Assembly: GCF_009914755.1 (NCBI RefSeq)
Contig: NC_060928.1
Direction: 5' to 3' (one strand)
Origin: the human T2T-CHM13v2.0 reference genome, Homo sapiens
DNA: 64,000 bases
Each line of letters starts with the position of its first letter. The stretch's first letter is position 1. Of the stretch, positions 17,619 through 29,220 are shown one piece after another. The translations under genes and the position numbers were made by a program. The notes below the pieces were generated by a model that did not search any database, was not told where the DNA came from, and worked only from the letters and a program-made list of their open reading frames with translations.

Positions 17619-18654
17619 GTGATGGTTATTGTAGACATCAACTTGACTGAATTAAGGAATATCTACAAACTTGATAAAGCATAATTTTGGGTGTGTCCTT
17701 GGGGATGTTTCCAGAGGAGATTAACATGACAGTCTGAGCGGACTGAGTGGGGAAGATTTGCTCTCAGTGAGGTGGGCACCATCCAATTGTCTGGGGACCC
17801 AGAAAGAACAAAAACAGAGACAAGGCAAATGTGTCTATCCATCTGCTGGAGCTGGGATACACTCTTCTTCTCCTGTTCTTGGACAAAAACTCCAGGCTCT
17901 CCAGCCTTTGGACTCTAGGACTTACATCAGTGAACCCCTGAGTTCTCATTCCCTTAGCCTCAAACTGAGAATTACACCATCTACTTCCCTGGTTCTGAGG
18001 CCTTCAAACTTGAGCTGAGCCATAAGCTCAGCTTCCCAGCATCCAGTATCCAGGGTCTTCAGCTTACAGATGGCCTGTTATGGAGCTTCTCAGCCTCTAT
18101 AATTACGTGAGCCAATTCCCGGAATAAATTCCCTCTTAGCCGAGCGCAGTGACTCATGCCTGTAATCCCAACACTTTGGGATGCCAAGGCAGGAGGATCA
18201 CTTGGGGCCAGGAGTTTGAGACCAGCCAGGGCAACAAAGGGAACTCCATCTCTAGAAAAAATTTAAAAATTAGTTGGGTGTGGTGGTACATTCCTGTAGC
18301 CATAGCCTCTCGGGAGGCTGAGGTGGGAGGACTGCTTGAGCCCAGGAGTTCAAGGCTGCAGTGAGCTATGATTGTGCCACTGCACTCCAGCCTGGGCAGC
18401 AGAGTGAGACCAGTCTCTAAATAAATAAAAATGGACTGGATGCAGTGGCTCACACCTGTAAGGCCAACATTTTGAGAGGCCAAGGTGGGCAGATTGCTTG
18501 AACCCAGTAGTTCAAGACCCACCTGGGCAACATAGGGAGATCCTACCTCTAAGACAGATAATAAATAAATAAATAAATGTTTTAAAAGCTCATCTCAGAT
18601 ATCTATATATTTATACTATTGGTTCTGTCTTCCTGGAGAAACCTGACTAATACA
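17619..18654 (+). mobile_element. MLT2B-like (ERVL) LTR with inserted Alu and Alu monomer
   Basis: TGTGATGGTTA...CAACTTGACTG start; GGTTCTGTCT...GGAGAAACCTGACTAATACA end. Confidence 0.78.
18138..18578 (+). mobile_element. AluJ (18138-18430) followed by a free left Alu monomer (18433-18578)
   Basis: Dimer, then a second left-arm unit ending in (TAAA)n. Confidence 0.82.
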
Positions 18655-18724
18655 GATGTTTGACAAATATTTGTTGAATGCATAAAGGATCCAGACAGAC
18701 AGTACCATTGCAAGAACTAGAATC

Positions 18725-19060
<336 letters not shown>

Positions 19061-19360
19061 TCAGTGTCAGACTTATGAGTGCATCAGCCAGGTAACTTCA
19101 CAGGCCACAAATCTTTTTTCTTCCAAATTTATTTACCTTATTACCAGCAATAATAATAATGATAATTTATGTATGCGATATAAGTTATTATTGATAACTG
19201 AGTGACTAGGTGGGGTTTCCAAGATACCTTAGACTGTTAATATTCTAAAATTGTGAAACTTCTCCTTATCTGAAAATGGAAGAATTCAGATGAGGGCTAA
19301 CTTTGTGCAGACCTATTATTAAAGGGCTGGAAACTTGAAAGTGTTGAAAAATCTATGGTT

Positions 19361-20010
19361 TCTTTTTTTATTGATGCATAATAATTGTACATGTTTATGG
19401 GATACATGTAATATTTTGATACATGCATACAATGTGTAACAATCAGGTCAGGTAATTAGGATATCCGTCATCTCAAACTTTTTTTTGTTGTTGTTATACT
19501 TTAAGTTCTAGGGTACATGTGCACAATGTGCAGGTTTGTTACATATGTATACATGTGCCATGCTGGTGTGCTGCACCCATTAACTCATCATTTACCTTAG
19601 GTATTTCTCCTAATGCTATCCCTCCCCCCTCCTCCCACCCCACGACAGGCCCCAGAGTGTGATGCTCCCCACCCTGTGTCCAAGTGTTCTCATTGTTCAA
19701 TTCCCACCTATGAGTGAGAACACTGTCATCTGAAACTTTTATCATTTCTTTGTGTTGGAAACATTTCACATCTCCTAGCTATTTTGAAATATGCAATAAA
19801 TCATTGTTAACTATAGTCACCCTACTGTGCTACCCAACACTAGAACTTATTCCTTCTGTCTAACTGTATGTTTGTACCTATTAACCATGCTTGCTTCATT
19901 CCCCTCTTCACCCTTCACAACCTCCGGTAATGATCATTCTGCTCATGAGATCCACATTTTTAGCTTTCACATATGAGTGAGAACATGTGACATTTCTCTT
20001 TCTGTACCTG
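19361..20010 (-). mobile_element. L1MA 3' end carrying a nested L1PA 3' end (19482-19722)
   Basis: Outer ATAATTGTACATGTTTATGGGATACATG; inner TTATACTTTAAGTTCTAGGGTACATGTGCAC...ATGAGTGAGAACA; TSD C(C/T)GTCATCT(C/G)AAACTTT at 19465-19481 and 19723-19739. Confidence 0.8.
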
Positions 20011-21802
20011 AACCACCAGTCTTTGAAGGGAGTTTAAACATTGCTGTGAAGCTAAAGCATCCTTGGAAATGTGCCAACGTGGAACCAACTCTATTTACTA
20101 GAATTTCTCTCTAGGAGAATATAGTATAATATGTCTGGAAAAAATGTTCTGACATTTTCTGGGGAGTATTTGAGTAACAAGGGGTAGTAAATATGGTGAC
20201 TTACAAAGTGCTTCCTTTTTTGCTAGGCAGGTATGCAAGTTGGGGGCCAGAGCAGAGTTGTTGGGGACAATAAAATGGAAGCTGAGCTGCTACGAATACT
20301 CCCCATTCTTCCTATTTCCCTCAAATCACTGTCAGTGTCTCCTCACGTAGCACAGTCTCCTCTGTATCTAGGTGTGCTTGTGCGTCTGAGCTCTCACCAC
20401 GGAGATGTAAGCAGAATTTTTGTATAGGACTGCTGGGAAGGCTTTATAAAATGTAGAGGATGTGAATACTTTTTTTGCCCTTCCTTGGTTCCTCCTTCAT
20501 GCTGCCTGGAATGTGAATGTAATGGCTGGAGCTACTAGCAGCTATACTGGATCACGAGACAACCTTCAAGAAGGAAAGCAATGAACTAGGTTGGTGGACC
20601 AGAAAGCTAAAAGGAACCTCAGTCCCTTTTGAGTTTATAGAGCCACTACAGAAACCCTCTAGATTTCTTTTATGTAGGAGAGGAATAAGCCTCTTCCTGA
20701 AGGTACCACACTCAGGTTTCTGATGCTAGCAACTAAATCCAATTTCTAATTGAGTCAGGGGCCAAATGATTAGCTTGCCCTGGGGTCCTACATGCCTCAG
20801 TTAAGTTCATTCTGATCCTGGCCACTAGCCAAGGACTCCCCTTCCTCTTCCTTTCTCCTTTTTCTCTTCCCACATTGGCAAAGCCCCAGGCACCTGATGT
20901 CTCCCATGAGCAACCCGTGAACAATTCCCTTCCAACTTGGCAAGATGCACCCAGTCTTGCCAAAACAGTGATCAGTAGGGGGATTCAAACATAAGCAAGA
21001 CTCTACAAATGTTGTAACAAGAAAAACTCTTTCTCAGAAGTTTGGGCCTTTTCATTGATTATGGAATCTGTTTCCTGGAATAAAGTCGATGAAATGTGGT
21101 AGTATTCTTGAAACTGTAGACACAGACAACACTAGTCTAGGATGTTCAGAGCACTTTGTACAGCTCTTCCAGGGATCCAGGGTGCAAGGGAGAACAGTGG
21201 GGAAGTGGAAGAGACATTGTTCTTCCAGTGGGAAAAGGCAGAGTGTAGGAGGTGCAATGGCAGACCTTTCCCATGGCAGTCATCCCCCTTCTGATGGTAC
21301 CATTGTATTTCCCATACATATGACTTCCTGAATGTGCACTGGTGGGGTTGTGCCCCATCCTGGAGCCTGGAATGGAGGGCTATTCACTGACTTCCATGGG
21401 AAGCAAGAGTGCCTCAAAAGGCAGGGCTTTGAAAGGTGAGCTGACTTGCCTGAGGTCACAAAGCTTGTTGGCACAGAGTCCATTCAATAATAATAATTAA
21501 TAATAATAATAGTAACTAACAGTGATATTATTACCATAACATAAAATATAATAACTTATTTTATGACAAATATCCTTCTTTGTACTTTACACATTTCAAT
21601 TCTTTTAATCTTCAGAACAACCTTATGCGGCATTCAAATCTGCATTTTATAGATGAGGGGATGAAGAACAAGTAAATTAAACATCACCCAAAATTACCTC
21701 GCTGACTCATGGCAGAACTTAGATGGGGAGGGCCCTCAGTCCAGTGTTTTTGCTACCATAGCCCAGGTGCTTAGGAAAAGTTTCCAGATCAGAGTAATTT
21801 TT

Positions 21803-21993
21803 AAAATTTTAACTTTTATTCTTTTTTAAAAAAATTTTATTTCCATAGGTTTTTGGGAAACAGGTGGTATTTGGCCACATGCTATAAACATGCATGTTTA
21901 TAGCAGCAAAATTCGTGATTGCAAAAATATGGAACCAGCCCAAATGCCCATCAACCACCATGAGTGAATAAAGAAATTGTGGGATAGATAGAC

Positions 21994-22036
<43 letters not shown>

Positions 22037-22065
22037 CAGACAGATAGATATGATGGAATACTATA
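21803..22065 (-). mobile_element. Short L1PB-like insertion with a 5' inversion
   Basis: Minus-strand L1 tail and 3' end (to ~21885) fused to plus-strand upstream L1 sequence (~21890-22065); TSD CAGAGT(A/C)ATTTTT at 21790-21802 and 22066-22078. Confidence 0.7.
21983..22050. repeat. (GATA)n/(GACA) compound tetranucleotide STR
   Basis: About 17 GATA/GACA units. Confidence 0.95.
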
Positions 22066-22789
22066 CAGAGTCATTTTTGCAAGGGCACTTCTCTTTAGTG
22101 TCTTCTTGGGATAGTGCATCTCCATCTGCACATGACCAGGCTTCGGTGACAGGCTGGAGTCACACCTAGGGTTGGGGAACATGATCCCAGAAGCAGAGAA
22201 AGCTCACTTTCTTCCTCTCTGCTCTGTCTTTGTCTTCCTCACAGGCAAGGAGGGCCTTGATGGGCAACTTAGCAAATGTCATTCCCTGGGGGTGGTCTGA
22301 GAAGATGACCATTGAGTATTTAAATCCGGGGACAGGAGAACTTTTAAACAACAGGTGCACTGATAAAAAGCTGGTGTCTTATTTTTATAAACAGGATTCT
22401 GTTTGAAATGCACAAGAAGGATGTATGTGGAGCTTGACTGTTAGCACGTCTGTGGTGACTCATTTACAAAACCTACTATCAACTATCACCCTCTACTTGA
22501 TCTTTCTTGAAAATGTAGGGTTTTGATACAGGTATTATTTAAATATCTCTATATTTATGATTCTGAAATATAATCTGATGCTCCAAGGGTGGGGCTTCTG
22601 GGAATTATGACACACCCTGTGACCCCATCATAGGTGAGTGCTCTGGGGACACAAAAGTGGACCTCGCGTAGGTCATTGGGAAGACACCCCTATGGCTGGC
22701 GGGGTGCCTCAAGCCCAGCCATGCTTCACTGGACAAATATTTTTGGATCTCTTTTCTCTCTTTTTAAAAAATCTTTACTCACTCCCTAT

Positions 22790-24630
22790 ATGATCTCATA
22801 TTTTTGAGTGACATCTTTTCACTTAGGACTTCCACATTTTTATTAAAGTATCTACTTGGCATTTTCTCTTGGATGTCCAATGGACATCTCGAACTCAGCA
22901 TGTCTAAAACTACTTCTAATCAATCCCTTGAAGATAGCTCAGTTCCAGCTTTCCCATCTCAGTAGATGAAAACTGTCTTCTTAGACGTCAGGTCCGAAAA
23001 CTTGGAACCATTCTCGACTTTTCTCTTTCTTTCAAACCCGACATTCAGACTCTCAAAAAAACTCTTCTTGGCTCACCTATCAAAATATTTCCAGAATTTG
23101 ATCACCCTTCACCACCACTACCTTGGTCCAAGTGCTAACTTCTCTCACTTGGATTATTTCAATAACCTTATAATTGGCCTCCCACTTCCACTCTTGGCCT
23201 CTTTGGTCTACTGTCAACATGGGAGCCAAGAATAAACCTGCTAGATAAAAGTGCAATCATGTCAACCCTCTGCTCAGAATCTTCCAGTGGCTTCTTAACT
23301 CTCAGAAGGAATGTACAGTCCAGGTTCTGATTTACAAGTGTCATATGCTTTTCTTGCCTTCTTCTTCATTACATTGCACACTGCGTCTTCTTTGCCTGTC
23401 TCTCATTCCTCCACTCCAGCCTCCTTGCTTTTTCTTTAGCATGCCAAGACCACTGCCACATCAGAGACTTTGCACCTGCCATTCCTGCCTACGGACAACC
23501 CCCACCTCTCAACACACAACTTCTCCCCATTGGCCACACAATGGGTGCTCTCACTTCCTTTAGGCATTTCTTGAAGCCACCTTCTCAGTGAGGTCCCCTG
23601 TCCATCCGATGTAAAATGTTACCTCCTACTGGTATGTTGTAACCCCTCCTCCTGAGGTAGACATGGCAGTTGCTCCATCCAGAATCTTTTCCTCCCAGTG
23701 CACCCACCCTGAGCTGCTGTGAAGATCAGCTGCCAAAGACTCCCAGATGTCCTGCTTCCCTGGAGAATTTCACTCAACTAACAGGTACTGCCTTGATGGG
23801 AAATCACATTCCCTTCTGCACCCACGCTAGGGCAGCCTGCAGCCAGTGATGGAAAGATACCGGAACACAAAAGGCCGCTTCCTTCACCTTAAGGGGAAGG
23901 GGGAGAATTCTGCAGTGTTATGTGAATATTCCAGAGTCCCTGTGGATCAGACCTAAGACCACATCTTGTTTGGCTTTTTTCCCATTCACTCCTTGATTCC
24001 TTCCTTCACTCTTTTTCATCTGAGAGCTCTCCCTCAAAACTAAATCAGGGCTGGGTATGGTGATTCATGCCTGTAACCCCAGCACTTTGGGAGGCTGAGA
24101 CAGGCAGATCACCTGAGGTCAGGAGTTTGAAACCAGCCTGGCAAACATGGTGAAACCCCGTCTCTACTAAAAATACAAAAAAAAAAAAATTAGCCTGGCA
24201 TGGTGGCAGGCGCCTCTAGTCCCAGCTACTTGGGAGGCTGAGGCAGGAGAATCACCTGAATCCAGAGGCGGGGGTTGCAGTGAGCTGAGATTGTGCCATA
24301 GCACTCCAGCCTGGGCGACAAGAGTGAAACTCTGTCTCAAAAAACAAAAACAAAAACAAGAACAAAACAAACAAACAAACACCCTAAAAACTAAATCAGC
24401 TGCCCTGAATCCCTGTCTCAGGCTCTGTTTCTAAGACATTTCTGTTATTCTTTTCTTCTTAGTGATCACCTAACAAACTATATATTTAACTTTATCCATC
24501 TCTATCACTGCAATGCCACTCTGTGAGGACAGTCACTTTGCTTTGTTCACTGACGCATCCTCAGTACCTAGCACAGTACCTGGTACATAGTAGATGCTCA
24601 GTAAATATATGTGGAAAGAAGGAATGAGTC
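22790..24630 (+). mobile_element. L2 relic interrupted by an ERVL-type LTR (LTR16-like, ~23655-24435) and an Alu
   Basis: CTTGGATGTCCAATGGACATCTCGAACTCAGCATGTC ... AGCACAGTACCTGGTACATAGTAGATGCTCAGTAAATAT (L2 3' end); LTR-like end CCTGTCTCAGGCTCTGTTTCT. Confidence 0.6.
24049..24381 (+). mobile_element. AluS
   Basis: Full dimer with a CA-rich tail; TSD AAAACTAAATCAG at 24036-24048 and 24387-24399. Confidence 0.9.
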
Positions 24631-25670
24631 CTTATATCCCTGTGAATCTTGGAACTTACAAAAATCCTGCTCTTGTTAATCAGGCGGGGGGCCTGGACTC
24701 TTAATTCTGTTGCCCACACACTCTTCCCACTTTCTCATGCATTTTCTCTGGCCTATTAAGGTGGCTTTGGATTGCAGTGGTCTACTCTGCCCTATCTTGG
24801 GTGACTTCCCAGTAACCTATATCACTTGCTTGTTTGTCCAAAGGCACCTGTCAGCTCCTCTTTGGACTACTTTCCTCATTCAATCTGCCCATCCACTCCC
24901 AGTAAAATAACAAGGTAAGCAAGAGAAATCTATTCATCAGCATCCAGGTGTGGTATGAAAACTAGGTAGATGAGGAAAGGTAAGAGGTAGAAGACAGCCA
25001 GTGGCTGTTCTTCACAGTTGGAGTGAGAGATCAGAATGTGTGATAGAGATGGGAATGACCACAGACAAGGGGAGAAGCTCCCTTTTTGGTGTGGGGGTGG
25101 ATTGGGTATAACCCTGCTAAAGCAAGCTGAGAGCCACTGCCTGACTCATGTTAAAAGTGAATTTTGGCATAATTACAAGAGGATATCTTAGCACTGTGCT
25201 CCAGCCAAGCTGTGCTGCTATTACCTAGGAGTGATTAAAGGTCTAGAGACGTGAAATCAGGCAATCTAGGCGGGGCTCAAATCTTGGAGGTTCTGCACTC
25301 TTGACTAGTCAGCGACCTCAGTGCTTCCCTGGGCTGTTCTGGTGAGTAGTATTCATTGGTTTCAATAACAGCAAATGCTTCCTGCTGCTCTTTATGTGAT
25401 AGGCCATATTCTGAGTGCTTGCTAAGTACTAACTTATTGATCCTTCTGATAACCCTGTGAGCCACATACCCGTATGTCTTATTATTATACACACTTGTCA
25501 AAGAGGAAGCAATGGAAGTACAGAGAGCTCAAGCAACTTGTCCAAGACTGCAGTCAGTGGTGGAACTGGGATTTGAACCCAGTTTTCTCACTCCACTGCT
25601 TGTGCTTAACTGAAGCAAAAGGAAATGCATTGAAGGATATTCGGTGCTTGCAGAATTAATGGGAAGCCAG

Positions 25671-26057
25671 TGTCAGGCCTCTGAGCCCAAGCTAAGCCAT
25701 CATATCCCCTGTGACCTGCACGTACACATCCAGGTGGCTGGTTCCTGCCTTAACTGATGACATTCCATCACAAAAGAAATGAAAATGGCCTGTTCCTGCC
25801 TTAACTGATGGCATTATCTTGTGAAATTCCTTCTCCTGGCTCATCCTGTCTCAAAAGCTCCCCTGCTGAGCACCCCACTCCTGCCTGCCAGAGAACAACC
25901 CTCCTTTTTCCTTTACCTACCCAAATCCTATAAAACGGCCCCACCCCTATCTCCCTTCACTTTTCGGACTCAGCCCACCTGCACCCAGGTGAAATAAACA
26001 GCTTTATTGCTCGCACAAAGCCTGTTTGGTGGTCTCTTCACACGGACGCGAGTGAAA
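25671..26057 (+). mobile_element. Solo LTR7 (HERV-H LTR)
   Basis: Starts TGTCAGGCCTCTGAGCCCAAGCTAAGCC and ends CACACGGACGCGAGTGAAA; duplicated GTTCCTGCCTTAACTGATG; TATAAAA 25929-25935; AATAAA 25993-25998; 5-bp TSD GCCAG at 25666-25670 and 26058-26062. Confidence 0.93.
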
Positions 26058-26274
26058 GCCAGGAGGACCAGCTCCAAAATAGGCAGGTGTGAAGGTATTC
26101 TAGAGAACTAGGAGGCAAGATCAATAAGGAAAAGTCTTTAACAGAAAAAGTCTCATCAGGATGAATAAGCCCCAGCCATTCTTACTCTGCTGAAATTCTA
26201 ACAGGAAAGGGTGGGCTTGGTCTAGCTCAGGTCATGCACCTCCTCTTTGGATCAAATGAAGAAAATAACTCCTT

Positions 26275-26950
<676 letters not shown>

Positions 26951-26974
26951 AAGAAAATAACACCATATTTTTTA

Positions 26975-27485
26975 ATCTGTTGCTACATAACAAATTACTC
27001 CAAAACTCGGCAACCTAAGAAAACAACAAACACTTATTATCTCACACAGTTTGTGTGTGGGAATGCAGGAGTGGCTTTGCCAGGGAATTTTGGATTGGGG
27101 GCCCTCATGAGGTGGTAGTCAAACTGTCAGTGGGTGGCTGCAGCCATCTGAGAGCTGGACTGGGGGCAGAAGTTCTGCTTCATAGGTGTCTCCCTCACAT
27201 GGCTAGCAAGCTGGCGCTGGCTGTTGGCAGGAGGCCTCAGTTTCTCAGCGCTTGGGCCTCTCTGTGGGACTTCTTGAGTTCCCCATAACACAGCAGCTAG
27301 TTCCCAGGGTGAGTGATCCAAAAGAGCAAGGTGGATGCAACCTTGTCTTTTATGACATATACCACTCTTTCTACAATCTCTTTTTGATTACACAGATCAG
27401 CCCCATTCATTGTGGGTGGGGACTGTCAAGAGCGTGAATATCAGAAAGTGAAGTTCAGTGGCCATCTTAGAAACCAGTTACTACT
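26975..27485 (-). mobile_element. MLT1 (MLT1F-like) LTR
   Basis: TCTGTTGCTACATAACAAATTACTCCAAAAC...CTCACATGGCTAGCAAG...GGCCATCTT. Confidence 0.65.
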
Positions 27486-27551
27486 TTCCTCAAAAAGAAT
27501 CCAGAGCATGGTTAGGAATGGGGAGCAGATGTTACAAAACCAAAACAAAAT

Positions 27552-27605
27552 CACACACAGACACACACATGCACGCACGCGCGTGCGCACATACACACAC
27601 ACACA
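27552..27605. repeat. Alternating purine-pyrimidine (CA/CG) microsatellite
   Basis: CACACAGACACACACATGCACGCACGCGCGTGCGCACATACACACACACACA. Confidence 0.9.
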
Positions 27606-28719
27606 GAGATATCTTCTAGTTTCCTGCAAGTGAAATGGGAAAATAATAGTATCTACTTTACATGGTTGTCCAGAGAATTGGTGGATTAGCTGGCTACATG
27701 GCACATTGTCAGCAATAAACAGATGTTAGTTATTATTGTTGTGGTTGTTCGTTAGGGTCATCAACTTGTTAGTCACCTTCTGGTTTAATAAAACTCTTTC
27801 CGTCAAGTTTCAATGGTGCTTTTGCCCTAACTGGCATTTGCTTTATTCACTTCTCACTGATTTCTGATCACACAGCTCTCAGCATCCACTGCAACTGTGG
27901 TTTCTAGGTCATTCCATTCCTTGCACAACCTTTGCTCCTCTTTTCCTGAAATGTATAAGCTCCTCCATGCTGCCTTTTCTTTTCTCAATTTGAATATTTA
28001 TCTCTACACAATTTCTCATCTTATCCTTCATTCTTTCTTCCTGTGACCAAATGGCTTAAATTCTCACCTGGAAATTCTATCTGTGCCCCAGTGTTAACAG
28101 GTCTTAAAAAGGAAAAACTCTAAAATTCTTCACTGCCATTTTAAGCAGATATAGAATGTGGGCTTACCCATGCAAAGAGTAATACTTTTTACTATAATCT
28201 CTAACATTAAAGCATCATTTTACAGTTTATAAAATGTGATAGTTATTGAGTAGTATTAAGTACCAGTAACTCCTGGTAATGGAGTTACATCTATTTACAT
28301 TCTAAGATCTTTTGCTGAAGTTGAATGCAGTTGAGCTCTCAGGAGTGCCATCCCAGGGGCTGGGTGATCTAGTCCTTTCAGAGCTTGTGGTGAGTCTAAG
28401 TGCTACTTCCACTATATCTAAAATCCCACAAGCCTACTCTAAGAATCAATTGTTTGCAAGATGGACAGTACACAACAATTCATTCACTCAGTTATTTGTA
28501 ACCAACATTGTAAATGAAGCCACCAAGGACCTCTTACTGTGCTAGATGCTGGGGATATAACAAGGAATAAAGCTGACTCCATCCCTGTCCTCATGGAGCT
28601 GAGTTTGCAGGGCTAGGGCAAGGGGAAGAAGACATTCAACTAATAATGGCACAAATATTTTGTTTTGCGGTTTAGTTCTGGTTGTTGCAGAGGGAAAAGC
28701 AGCAGATGCTGGGAGAGTA

Positions 28720-29220
28720 TTCTACAGAATCTCCAACTCACTTACTCTGTCTCACTTGCCCCAACTTGCCCATGCCCTGGCTGTTTCCCAGGCTCCATGA
28801 CAGCGCAATTCCTGCTTGGTTCAGCCAGGCAGAGGCACTGACTGGAGGCAGTCTGACTGGAGACTGGAGGACAGGGCAGAAGGAGAAAAGCCAAGATGCT
28901 TCTGTTCCCTTTTCTTACTTGTGTTGGATGGTGTCCTCCCCATTGCTCCCCAGCAGCCCCAGCTGCTGGTGAGGTGGCTGTCCTTTGGTTGTGGTTTCTT
29001 TCTGGGACTCCTGCCTTGGCTCTGATTACACCATCTCCTCGCTTTGTCCCTTAAGCTGTGGGGTAGCCGCAGCTTCCTTCTGTTGCCTATTTCAGGTGGT
29101 CTCATCATCCCATTTGGCTGCTTGTCTCTTCCCTCACCAGTGTGACAAATTCCCTTGAATCAATTCCCTGTTTTAAATACAGAGTGGTTTCTGTTTTCCT
29201 AGTGGGACTAGACTGATATA
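28720..29220 (+). mobile_element. Old ERVL LTR (LTR33-like)
   Basis: 3' end ATTCCCTGTTTTAAATAC...AGAGTGGTTTCTGTTTTCCT...GACTGATATA. Confidence 0.5.
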
